Assembly (NCBI GenBank): GCA_054661495.1
Contig: BAAFSQ010000167.1
Location: 1 to 22,038 of the forward strand
From: Zygophlyctis sp. KS116
Taxonomy: Eukaryota; Fungi; Chytridiomycota
Direction: 5' to 3'
DNA: 22,038 bases
The notes under the pieces were generated by a model. The model saw only the letters and a list, made by a program, of their open reading frames with translations, was not told the origin of the DNA and made no database searches. A program made the position numbers and the translations under genes. Shown piece by piece: positions 10,291 to 21,172 of this stretch. How positions within the stretch are numbered: the first letter of the stretch is position 1; every line of letters starts with the position of its first letter.

Positions 10291-11202
10291 TAAGAGTTTG
10301 ACGGTCCAACTCGAAAATTCATAACTTTCTCTGAGTCGGTGTGACGTCTACGGTGCCCCATTGCCGTACTACATTTCCGAAAAGCCCTACACAGTATTCA
10401 TTTAAATTATTGTTAAGACATATAGCTCTTCGAAATCAGAGGTTATATTGATTTTCTTATTATAAACTCACTCCTAGAACGGGGATGTGAACTCCTCAGT
10501 ACAAGAAACCCCTCAGCTCTCACCCGCACCCTTACACAGGAATTGAGCGGCCTCCTAACCTTGCTGCATTTTTAAAAGGGTTGAACCCGTAGGATTTAGA
10601 AGCGTCCTACTCTTTAAAAATAACTTCTAAAATAACGACTGACTTCCGACCTAAAATTATTGAATTTTGCAACCCATTTTCCAGAATTCCATCGTGTTGT
10701 AGTAGCGTCAAGTTCCAAATTGACCGAAAAATTCGTGTCTGCAATAAAAGGTTTGTTCTTGACTTCTGTATCTCTAAAAAACCTCTTTAGATATTTTATA
10801 TAGTGAAACCTGGTTTTCAATTTGTTTTCTTTTTCTTCTACAGCCTTGTAAACCTTTAGAGTTTTTCATCTTCAAATTGCACTTCAACAGGTTTTCCAAC
10901 TTCAACACTAAAAACCAGAACCCTAAGTACTGAAACTGAACTTAGGTGAGAGAAAATAAAACATCACAAATATAATTGTACATAGCGATTGGTCTTTGAT
11001 TTAAGGAGTTATCTCACTAACCCTAACACAAAGGTAGGCAATCTGCAACCTTAGCATATTTCTCCCTGAGCTATCTGTTAATTTGCCCGAATAAAATTAA
11101 ATTTGTTACTTCGACCATAAAAATCACGTTGCAGGATTCGGTCCTATGATAAACAAGGTCCACACTACTGTTCATTTTGTAAAAATTTGACTTAGAATAT
11201 AA

Positions 11203-11276
11203 CGATCCGTAGAAGGATTGAACTTCTGACCTCTCGATTAACAGTCGAACGCTCTAACCAGCTGAGCTAACAGAGC
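11203..11276 (-). tRNA. tRNA-Asn (anticodon GTT)
   Basis: GCTCTGTTAGCTCAGCTGGTTAGAGCGTTCGACTGTTAATCGAGAGGTCAGAAGTTCAATCCTTCTACGGATCG folds as a cloverleaf with D stem GCTC/GAGC, anticodon loop CTGTTAA, T arm AGAAG-TTCAATC-CTTCT and discriminator G. One C2:U71 acceptor-stem mismatch; T5 run at 11181-11185. Confidence 0.9.
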
Positions 11277-11287
11277 AGGTTTTTGAT

Positions 11288-11499
11288 TGTTGCGTCTTAG
11301 GGACTCAACTCATGGATAATTATATGCTTATCTCTATTTACTTATATGATTATTAGTGTTCAGTGCTTATTACGCTTGTTGGCTTTTAATGCTTGATTGA
11401 TTCATGGTTGCTCAAGTGTGGCTTGGATCTTTGTACTTTTTAATACAAAGTATTTTTGGTTGTTACTATCTACTGTCTGAGTTAGTCCAGACCGTAACA
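11288..11499 (+). repeat. 5' LTR of element A
   Basis: TGTTGCG...CGTAACA, identical to 16068-16279. Confidence 0.96.
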
Positions 11500-11501
11500 T
11501 T

Positions 11502-11512
11502 TTAAAAAGTAC
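11502..11512 (+). promoter_or_regulatory. Self-priming primer-binding site of element A
   Basis: TTAAAAAGTAC is the exact reverse complement of GTACTTTTTAA at 11433-11443 in the LTR; no TGG tRNA PBS is present. Confidence 0.75.
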
Positions 11513-11582
11513 CTCCCATTAGAATTGAAGAAATCTAATTTGCTAGTTTACAGAAGTATAAACTAAAAAGAAAAAAAATCGT

Positions 11583-14500
11583 ATGTCTCATCATTCCGAT
11601 CCTTCTTATACTCCTCCTCGGATGCCGGATCAAGTTCCTGAAGTGGGTGAAGTCCCAAATCAAATACAATCTCTATACTCAATGATTCAATCTTTGACGG
11701 AAAAGGTGACTCAACTGTCTCAAGTGGCTCAAGTTTCTGAAAAACTTTCTATAAATGATAAATCTCCTAAGTTGGTAATTCCCTCTCATTATGACGGCTC
11801 TGCCGAAGACTTTGACGTGTTCTGGGGGGATGTAAATGACTACCTTTTAGTCAAGTCAAGTTGCTTTCAAAATGACTTTACTAGAATTACATTTATTTCT
11901 GGGTTGCTTAAGGGTAGTGCAAAAATTTGGTTTCAAGCTCTCAGAGAAAGATCACACACATATTATGTACCGGAGCTGCAAGATTTCAAGGCTTTTTCAA
12001 CTAGCTTTAAAGAACATTTTATGAACAGAGAGGCCCGGACTCAAGCTAAAGTGAAATTGGAGAAGTTGAAACAGGGGAAAACAAAGATGCACGACCATTT
12101 GGCCACTGTTGAATCTCTCTTAATCCAAGCTGGCATAGATGTATTCTCTGAATATGGTTTAGAATGTGTGTTGAAGAGCCTTAACCCTGATATTAAACTG
12201 AACTTACAAGATACTTTTTTAGTCTGCAAAGAAATGAAGGGTAACTATAATGCAATTAAACAATATCTCAAAGCCAAAGAATCAAACAGATTGGTGTCAG
12301 CTGAAGGAGATAATGTTAGAATTTCTATTCCTGGAGACACCGGTTATGATCCCATGGATGTTAGTAGTTTTTCTGCAACTACGCAGAATAAGTGGAAAAG
12401 CTTGGAAACCCAAAACTGGAAGCTTCTGAAAGAAGCCTTACTAAAAACGAAATGTTGTTTGGTATGCAGAGATTATGTGGAATTTGGTCATCAAGAAAAC
12501 TCGAATTGCAAGTTTAAAGGGAAGAAATTTGATGATATTTTCGGTAATAAACCTTCTCAGTCTTACAGGCTCTTATTTTCAGTGACTACTCCAGCTTGTG
12601 CACCTTTTTTAGTTCCGATTGAAGTTTCGGGCCTAGAAATTCAAGGCATGGTTGACACTGGAGCCTTGGGAAATCTATTCATAAATCAAGAGATTTTAAG
12701 CAGTTGCAAAATTTTGGACGTATTGGAAATTCTTCCTATTCAGCTTATTACATTTGGTGGAAACGTTGACCAAGTAGTCAAAAGGAAGGTTAAATTGGAA
12801 TTCAAAATTGGAAATCATATGTTTCAGGATTACTTCTTAGTTATGTCCAAATGCTCATCTAAAATAATCCTTGGGTTGGCATGGCTTGAAAAAAACGGTG
12901 CAATCATTAGCTGTAATTCACGATCTGTGGACTTCCATTCCCCCAAATCAACACGTCTTGTTGAATTGTGTAATTACCCTGATCTGGCTTCTTTTGCCAA
13001 GAAGCACCACTTACCGTTGTATTCTTTCAACTTAATTTTTTCTCACATACCCGTATGTACTGTAATCCCAGAATTCGCAAGGAAATATGCAGAAGTTTTT
13101 GATTTGGATAGACTGAAGTGTCCTCCCAAATACAAAGAAAGTTTCGCTATGCCTATTATCTTGGACGACAATGCCGCTTTACCTACTTCAGGACCATACA
13201 AGCTGTCGATTAAGGAAGAGGAAGCGCTTAAAAAGGAAATAACTGATGGGCTTAATTTTGGAAAAATCGAGATTTCTGACTCTCTAAATGCTTGCCCAGT
13301 CCTATTTGTTAAAAACCCCGATGGATCTTTACGTCTTTGTGTAGACTACCGAAAGTTAAATGCGGTAACAAAATCTGTCCAGGCCATATTGCCAAATATT
13401 GAAGATATATTGTCTTCGTTGCCAAATACAAAAAAAACACTTTATTCTAAAATCGACCTCAAGGGAGCCTTTCACCAAATTCCTATCAAAAAAGGAGATG
13501 AATTTAAAACAACTTTCGTATCAAAACTAGGAAAATTCAAATACAAAGTTGTTCCTTTTGGGTGCAAAAATGCCCCAGGGCATTTTCAGTCTATTATGCA
13601 GACTATTTTTCACGAATGGATTGGACGAGGAATCTGGGTCTTTTTAGACGACATTCTTGTATATGAATCGGATCCAAAACTCCATAGAGGGCTCTTAGAA
13701 AAAGTTCTGGAGATCTTAAAAACAAATGGTTTAGTAGCAAATCCCGCTAAGTGTATTTTTGAAGTGGATAGCATCGATTTCTTGGGTTTTTGTTTGGGAC
13801 CAAATGGCATCTCCATGCAAGCTGCTAAAATTCAGGCAATAATAAATTTTAATCAGCCCAAGACAATTAAAGGTGTGCAACGGTTTTTGGGCCTTTGCAA
13901 TTACTATAGATCTTTCATTAAAAATTATTCATCTATAGCATCACCATTCTTTGATTTACTCAAAAAATCAAACAGCGAATTTGTTTGGGGAGAGAATGCC
14001 GAAAAAGCTTTTGCTGCTCTAAAAACCTCCTTTCAAAATGGATCTTTCCTGATACTCCCAGATCGAAAATGTCAGTTTCTTTTATATACGGATTGTTCTA
14101 AGCAGGCTTTGGGAGCAGCATTGCATCAGAAAGACAAAGATGGAACTGAAAAACCAGTAGCTTTCTTTAGTAGAACACTGACACCAGCAGAAAAAAATTA
14201 CCCCATATATGACAAGGAAATGCCTGCCATAAAGGCGTCTTTATCTCATTGGCGACATCTATTGATTCACACGGATATCCCAGTACAAATATTATGTGAT
14301 CATAAAAACTTGACTTACTTCAAGAAACCACAGCTCTTAAATGAAAGACAAGCTCGTTGGAGTGAATTTTTAGCAGATTATAATTTTGAAATCACATACT
14401 TCCCTGGCAGCTCTAATGTTGTGGCAGATTGTTTATCGCGACCAGATCCAGAAGTAGAAGAAGAAGGAAAATTGTCTAAACTAAACCCGGCCATATGTGT

Positions 14501-16044
14501 TATCGAATCTCAGCATTTGCAAGGGGGAGATGACACGATCGATACAGTTGATCCAGATTCACTATTTGATTTACAATTCTTACGAGAAAATCAAGCATTG
14601 GAACCTCTCTCTGAATCACTAGCTTTACAAGATCCATCTTCAACAACAATGGATAATTGGCCCGTATTCGCTTCTTATATCTTGCGTGGACTCGAATTGC
14701 CAGAGACATTACCTCAAATGTACAAGAAACTCCTTAAATTAAATAAGAAATACTTGTATATAAAGGATGGCCGGTTGCTAAGAAAGATTAAATATCTGGG
14801 GATCACTTATTGGGTGCCCTATATACCTGAAAGTCAAAGAGTAGCAATGGTTAAAAGTTTGCACGAAGTCTTAGGACATTTGGGAACAGACTCAATACTC
14901 GATTCCTTACGAACCCGGGGTTGGTGGCCTCAGCAATTGAAGACATTAAAAGATTTTATTAAAACTTGTCAAATATGTCAAAGGAACAGAATAGCTCAGT
15001 CGAGTGGAGAGCCTAACGTTCCGATTCCCCCTACTGGAATCCCTTTTTATCGATGGAGTATAGATTTTATTCAAGATCTTCCACCGACAGAGACTGGAAA
15101 CAAGGATATTATTGTCGCTGTAGATCATGCCACCAGATTTGTTGTTGCAGAAGCAGTGCAGGATAGAACTGCCAAAACTGTGGCTATATTTCTCTTTAAT
15201 TTGATGTTGAAATTTGGAGCACCACAAGAATTGATATCAGATTGTGCCAATTGTTTTATGGGGGACGTGATGAAGGAATATCTGCAGATACAATCTATTA
15301 ATCATTTGCCATCTACAGCTTACCACCCTAGAACCAATGGAATGGTAGAAAGAGTCAATGGAGTATTAGGATCAATAGTCACTAAAATGGCACTTGGAAC
15401 TCGTGATAAATGGGATAATTTTGTAAACGCAGCTAGTTTCATCTTAAACGCAAGGAAACACTCTGTGACAGGTTTCTCTCCCTTTTATCTAGTATATGGG
15501 CTTCCACCTCGATTACCAGGGGTATTCAAAAAACTCTGATTCTGATGTCTCTCTACAGACTCACCGCGAATTGGCAAGGTTGGGCCAGCATAGAGCTGTG
15601 GCACTTAAGCGCTCCCAAGATAACGCAAAACAGTATGCTCTCTCAAGTCCAGGTTGTACACAGTTCCAAATTGGGGAATTCGTAAAATTAAAGAATTTTA
15701 CGAAGAAGAAGTTTGAATTCAGATGGAAAGGGCCCTTTATTGTGAATGCCATAGGACCCCACAATACTTATTATCTTAAGCGAGCCGATGGTACTGAATT
15801 ATTACACCCATACAATGGAGTTCACTTAGCGGATTGGATCAGCAATCAAGATTTGCAAGACTCTACTAACATTTCTAATATCACTTGCCGGTTTAACAAA
15901 AAGATTGACTCCGAAACCAACACTATATGCTTCAAGGAAGATCAAAAAAAAGTAGTTAAAGGGGTCGCTTTCAGCAATAAAGTAAAAATAATGAAGTTCT
16001 ACACGGATTCCAGCTCAGATGGTCTTTCAAAATATCCGGAGTAA
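11583..16044 (+). CDS. Gag-Pol of element A (single ORF 11583..15539; integrase C-terminus continues in another frame to 16044)
   Basis: Gag YDGS..LKGSAKIWF; protease VDTGA; RT LRLCVDYRKLN and FLDDIL; RNase H TDCSKQALGA; integrase H..LGH..CQIC, SIDFIQ, LISD, NGMVER and GPF. Frameshift near 15520. Confidence 0.93.
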
Positions 16045-16053
16045 TTGAAATTC

Positions 16054-16064
16054 GAAGGGGGGGA
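16054..16064 (+). promoter_or_regulatory. Polypurine tract of element A
   Basis: GAAGGGGGGGA lies 3 nt before the 3' LTR. Confidence 0.88.
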
Positions 16065-16067
16065 TAC

Positions 16068-16279
16068 TGTTGCGTCTTAGGGACTCAACTCATGGATAAT
16101 TATATGCTTATCTCTATTTACTTATATGATTATTAGTGTTCAGTGCTTATTACGCTTGTTGGCTTTTAATGCTTGATTGATTCATGGTTGCTCAAGTGTG
16201 GCTTGGATCTTTGTACTTTTTAATACAAAGTATTTTTGGTTGTTACTATCTACTGTCTGAGTTAGTCCAGACCGTAACA
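16068..16279 (+). repeat. 3' LTR of element A
   Basis: Identical to 11288-11499. Confidence 0.96.
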
Positions 16280-16525
16280 TGATATGACCTCAATACACAA
16301 AGAGATCAAATTTAAAACTAACTATTTCTTTTAGAAAACTTCCCAATTTTCTTACCTATTTCTTTTAGAAAACTTCCCAATTTTCTTAAAGAAATAGACA
16401 TGAAAATTTGCTATTTAAACCAGAGTCTCGATCCAATCACATGAGAAAAGAATTTGATTGCAGATCCCAAAATTTTAATGCAGATCTTTTCCTGAAAATT
16501 CTACTTCTATGTGTGAACCATAACA
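16280..16525 (-). repeat. 3' LTR of element B (246 bp) with internal 34-bp-period duplication
   Basis: Minus strand TGTTATGG...CATATCA, preceded by PPT AGATGGGAGAAAT (16526-16538); CTATTTCTTTTAGAAAACTTCCCAATTTTCTTA occurs at 16322 and 16356. Confidence 0.9.
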
Positions 16526-16536
16526 ATTTCTCCCAT

Positions 16537-19500
16537 CTAAAATGAATTCCCATCCACTTGGTGTACCCCAGTGGAAGTGTGAAAAACTTCAGTATCTTTT
16601 GAGACGTAACTTGCCAAATCATCAAAATGCACTGGAGCTTCATAGGCTCTTCCATTTGGGTACATCAAGTGATAAGTATCATTAGGACCAATATCAGTGA
16701 TTATAAAAGGTCCATGAAACTGAGTTTGAAACTTTTGCTTTGTATGATTTTTCCTCTTCACATATTCTCCAATTTGAAATCTATTTTCTCTTATTGAATT
16801 CTTCTCTCCATATCTCTGAATAGACTTTTTCTTCTGTGATTCTGATCTAAACAAAGCAGCTGCACGTGCTTGTCCAAGTGACTCTAACTCCCGTGCAGTC
16901 CAATCATCAGGATCCTCTAATCCAGAGAAGTCATTCAAATCAATGGGTAAATGATCAGCAGGTATTCGAGGTTCCACTCCATATACTAAATAAAATGGCG
17001 AATACCCAGTCACAGAATGTTTCCTAACTCTCATCGCAAATACAGCTTGCGACACAAATTTATCCCATTGATTTGGGAATCCAGCACATAACCGAGTAAG
17101 AATATTATTAAAGGTTGAATGCGGACGTTCAGCCATCCCATTTGACCTAGGGTGATAAGGACTAGTTGGCAAATGTCGCGTCTTTAAAATTTCTAAATAT
17201 TCCTTTAACACATCTGCCATAAAAGCCGAAGCTCTGTCACTTACTATCTCCACTGGACAACCAAAATTAACCATGATCTCCTCAAACAAGAATTTAGCAG
17301 CAACTTTAGCCGTCCTTCCCTTTGTTGGTTTGGCAATAAACCAACGTGTGGAACTATCAGTAGCTGTCATAATGTTATCATATCCTTGCAAAGTCGTTGG
17401 TAAATCTTGTAGAAAATCTATGTGCCATCTTTGGAATGGTAGAGGTGCTGGGGGCAAAGAGTGGAGCGGGGCAACAGCTGGCTTTACTCTCCTCTCTGTT
17501 AACTGGCATATCTGGCATTCCAAAAGTGTCTTTTTGATTTCTTGCTCTTGTCTAGGCCACCAATGACGCAATTTAATAACATTGTAAACTGAATCAGATG
17601 CCAAGTGGCCTAACACAACATGATACTTCATTATTTCTTTTCGCCTTTCTTCTCCTCCTAAATATGGTACCCAGAATGTGTCATCGTTAACAACCACTTT
17701 TCTATGTAAGATATTACTTAAGAATTTAAAGTTTTTAGATTGTAATCGAACCAATTTCTGCATCTTGACTGATACTCCTTCATTCCAATTGGATTGATTT
17801 ACGAAATATTTAGCAACAATTTCTGGCCATGTATTTGTATAGTCTGGTGAAATTTCTAATGTGTTAGATTCCACTTCCACAATTCTTGATAATGCATCTG
17901 CAGGCTGTAACTTTCCAGGCTGATAAACAATACTGGGTGCATAATATTCTAACTCCTGTAACCAATTCCATAATCTTGACTTTGGATTCTTTAAATTACG
18001 AGCCCATGCCAAAGGCTTGTGATCTGTATGCACGATTATTGGGAGTCCGTCAACAAAACAATGCCATGTTCTAAGGCAATGAAGTATAGCATACAATTCT
18101 CTTTCTATTGTTGGGTAATTTTGTTCAGTAGGACTAAACTTCTTAGATAAATATGCTACAGGCCTATGACCATTTCCATCATCTTGTGTTAATACTCCTC
18201 CAATAGCGATCCCCGAAGCATCTGGCCATATGTGCATAGGTAATTCATAATTTGGCATAACTAAAACAGGAGCCGATAGCAATGCTTCTTTTAGCTTATC
18301 AAATGACTTTTGATGTTCCGTAGTCCAATCAAATGTGCAATTCTTCTTTGTTAACCGCAGCAATGGTATAGATAACAAGGCTAAATCACTGATAAACTTT
18401 CGATAATAATTCAAGAAACCCAAGAAAGACCGAATTTCAGAGACATTCTTAGGCCGTTTCCAATCTTTAATGACTTTGGTCTTTTCAGGATTTGGTCGAA
18501 CTGAATTGTATGATACTAAGAATCCACAATACTCTACTGTTTCCTGTAAGAAGCTTGATTTCTTCAAATTTATTTTTAAACCATGATCTTGTAAGCGTTG
18601 CAATACTAATTTTTCATATGCTCTTCCTTTGTATCGCCCCCATATATTAGAATATCATCTATGTAACAAACACATATCTTATCAATTAGATCCGAAAGAA
18701 CTTTGTTCATTACTCTCTGAAATGTCGAAGGCGCATTCCTAAGTCCGAATGGCATTACCAAATATTCATACTGCCCATAGCGAGTGTTAAATGCAGTATA
18801 TTCTTTTGAATCAGGATGTAAAGGTATTTGATTAAAACCAGACTCTAAATCAATAGTTGAAAAGTATTTCGATTCTCCAAGAATTGCTAAATTATCTTCA
18901 ATACGTGGGATTGGTGTTGCATCTGGTTTAGTAAGCTTATTCAATTCTCTATAATCAACCACCATACGCAATGATCCGTCTTTCTTTGCAACAAATAAAA
19001 CCGGAGAGGCCCAAGGACTCGAACTTGTTCTTATCATTCCTTTTTCAGACAATTTCTTTAACTGCTCTTGTAAAACTCGTGATTGATTGGGGGAAATACG
19101 ATATGTTACTGGTTTAGCATCTGCTGGCACTTCAATTTTATGAAATCCGTATTCTTGTAATTGTTTTAATTTGTCATTTCGACCACTATCAGGTAAAATA
19201 TCTGGGAACTGATTTAATAGTTTCATTGTTTCCTCGTCATGTTTCCTTACAACCTTCTCCCTTTCTACCAAATTCACTTGCACAAGAAAAACCTCTTCCA
19301 CTTCTCCGAGCTTCTGTAATTCCTCCAATTCAAGAAAACTTATTTCAACTACATCAGCTATTTCCTCTTTTATATTATGCGACATTGTATATTGTTTTCC
19401 GTCTACTACATATGACACTGAATCATCCTCATGATTTTGTCTAGCTTTATACTCCCTTAAAAACGGTTTGCCGAGAATAACATCATACTGTTCATTTAAT

Positions 19501-19838
19501 CTGATTGGAATCATATCCAACTCTACATCCACTCCTTCTTGGAGTGATACCTTCACTGTAACATAATTTTTCAACTGACTCTTAGCATCAGAGCCATCAC
19601 CTAATTGAAGTTTCAAATCCTTCTTGAACTTCTTTTCCTTGATTATATCTTCTTTATTCATATTTTCTAAACAGTCGACATGAATGAAATTGGCACTAGC
19701 ACCCGAATCGATGAGCGCTCTTATCCTTTGTCTACCAATCATTACTTGATGTGAGGGAAGACTCTCACAAATAGTCACGGATGATATAGATACTGATTTA
19801 CTCAAGACTAAATCTTTATCTACATCATCCCCGAGTTC
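16537..19838 (-). CDS. Pol of element B (PR-RT-RH-IN), frameshifted at ~18606
   Basis: ALIDSGASANF; LRMVVDYRELN; YIDDILI; PDASGIAIGGVL; H..LGH..CQIC; HIDFLQ; VSDRA; NGMAER; GPF. The break falls between EEHMK and LVLQRL. Confidence 0.92.
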
Positions 19839-20726
19839 CTATTGGCCATTAGGAACAGATGTAGGTACTTCAGTAGTAGCTACTTCATGTTTAACTTCCA
19901 CATTAGAAAACTGTGGTGAATTCCGAAAAACAAATTTTGAATTGCAGCCCACAGCATGTTTGTCTTTTTGTTTGCACCTGAAACAACGCCGTTCACGGGA
20001 CAAGTGATTCTTTTCTTCGGGAGATAAAGCATTATAAACTACTCCTTCCATTGGTACAGGACCACCAGCTGGTTTTGAGAAAGGTTTTTTGACAAATCGG
20101 GATCCTTCTTTTGCACTAGTAAAGAGTATATGATCAATCTGAAAAGCCAATTCTTCAATTGCATCTAAAGTTGCAGTATCATCTAAATCCTTTAACTTCA
20201 CTTCCGTTCGGGTTTGTGCTTTCAATCCATTCAAAAAGTAAGTTTTCGCCTCTTTTTCACTAATATCATCAATCTCTTCAAGTAGTTCACGGAATTTGGT
20301 GATATAAATTTGTACCGACGTAATTTGAGTAAGTCTTCCTAACTTATATCTAGTTTCACTATTTTGTCCATGCGGCTCGAAATGATCTTTCAACGCAATA
20401 ATGAAACTATCATAGGATGCATTCGGATGAGACAATATCCATCCATTGAACCAACTATAAGCTTGTCCAGTTAAGTATTCAGCTGCTACTGCAATATAAT
20501 GTTCAGGAGGAATTGAACCATTACTCTTTAAGAATCGGTCGATTCTATAAACATACTCTCGAACCTTAGCTACCGCCCTTGCCCCATCATACTTGTTTGG
20601 TTTAGGAAGCCATTGACTAGGTACTATTACTTGCATTTGTTGAGATTTCAACTTTAAATTTTCCGCTTGAAGTAAAGCTAACTGAGATTGTAATGTTATC
20701 AAATCCGGATGATCTTCTGAGTTCAT
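19839..20726 (-). CDS. Gag of element B
   Basis: First ATG at 20726; PKPNKYDGAR, YLTGQAYSWF, QITSVQIYITKF, FLNGLK, PVPME and atypical knuckle CFRCKQKDKHAVGC; TAG at 19839-19841. Confidence 0.9.
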   Translation of the reverse strand: MNSEDHPDLITLQSQLALLQAENLKLKSQQMQVIVPSQWLPKPNKYDGARAVAKVREYVYRIDRFLKSNGSIPPEHYIAVAAEYLTGQAYSWFNGWILSHPNASYDSFIIALKDHFEPHGQNSETRYKLGRLTQITSVQIYITKFRELLEEIDDISEKEAKTYFLNGLKAQTRTEVKLKDLDDTATLDAIEELAFQIDHILFTSAKEGSRFVKKPFSKPAGGPVPMEGVVYNALSPEEKNHLSRERRCFRCKQKDKHAVGCNSKFVFRNSPQFSNVEVKHEVATTEVPTSVPNGQ

Positions 20727-20802
20727 TTCTTCTAAATTACTCTTAAACGATTCTGTTGGAGAACTTTTAAACTTAATTTTCACTGATATTCCTTTTCTAA
20801 AT

Positions 20803-20813
20803 CCAAGCTACCA
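20803..20813 (-). promoter_or_regulatory. tRNA primer-binding site of element B (probably initiator Met)
   Basis: TGGTAGCTTGG lies 2 nt inside the 5' LTR end; TGGTAGC matches the iMet-type PBS start used by Ty3. Confidence 0.8.
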
Positions 20814-20815
20814 AT

Positions 20816-20940
20816 TGATATGACCTCAATACACAAAGAGATCAAATTTAAAACTAACTATTTCTTTTAGAAAACTTCCCAATTTTCTTACCTATTTCTT
20901 TTAGAAAACTTCCCAATTTTCTTAAACAAATAGACATGAA
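20816..20940 (-). repeat. Truncated 5' LTR of element B (125 bp)
   Basis: 124/125 identical to 16280-16404 (G16391 vs C20927); similarity stops abruptly after 20940. Confidence 0.92.
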
Positions 20941-21172
20941 GGCTTAATGCATAGAGAAAATTTCTCATGACGTAGGTTCAACTCTCGCTTAAAATTTTAT
21001 TTTTCAACTTTCAACTTTCAACGTTCGGAATATTTAAATCAAATTTCGGTGTATTTATTGAGATTTGATTGGTCAAAATTCAAAATTACGTCATTGAGAT
21101 AAGAAAGCGCGATTTTTGAGGGCGCATTTCGCGTCGCGTTAGGGTTAGGTTAGATTAGAAATTATTCTCGAA

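Larger units (their letters stand above)
11288..16279 (+). mobile_element. Ty3/Gypsy LTR retrotransposon A (full length, 4992 bp, 4-bp TSD TGAT)
   Basis: Identical 212-bp TG...CA LTRs; TGAT at 11284-11287 and 16280-16283; gag-PR-RT-RH-IN order; PPT present. Confidence 0.96.
16280..20940 (-). mobile_element. Ty3/Gypsy LTR retrotransposon B (5' LTR truncated; original outer end at 11284 before element A inserted)
   Basis: LTR copies at 16280-16525 and 20816-20940; PBS and PPT; gag-PR-RT-RH-IN on the minus strand. Confidence 0.94.

Noticed and set aside
10614-10820. hAT transposase fragment (TRWNS)
   Set aside because: A single short motif with no other hAT features or TIRs.
12041-19444. Short ORFs antisense to or overlapping the Gypsy genes and LTR
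   Set aside because: Shadow ORFs of gag-pol with no independent evidence.
21139-21158. Telomere-like TTAGGGTTAGGTTAGATTAG
   Set aside because: Only one perfect unit and internal; at most a telo-box-like promoter motif.
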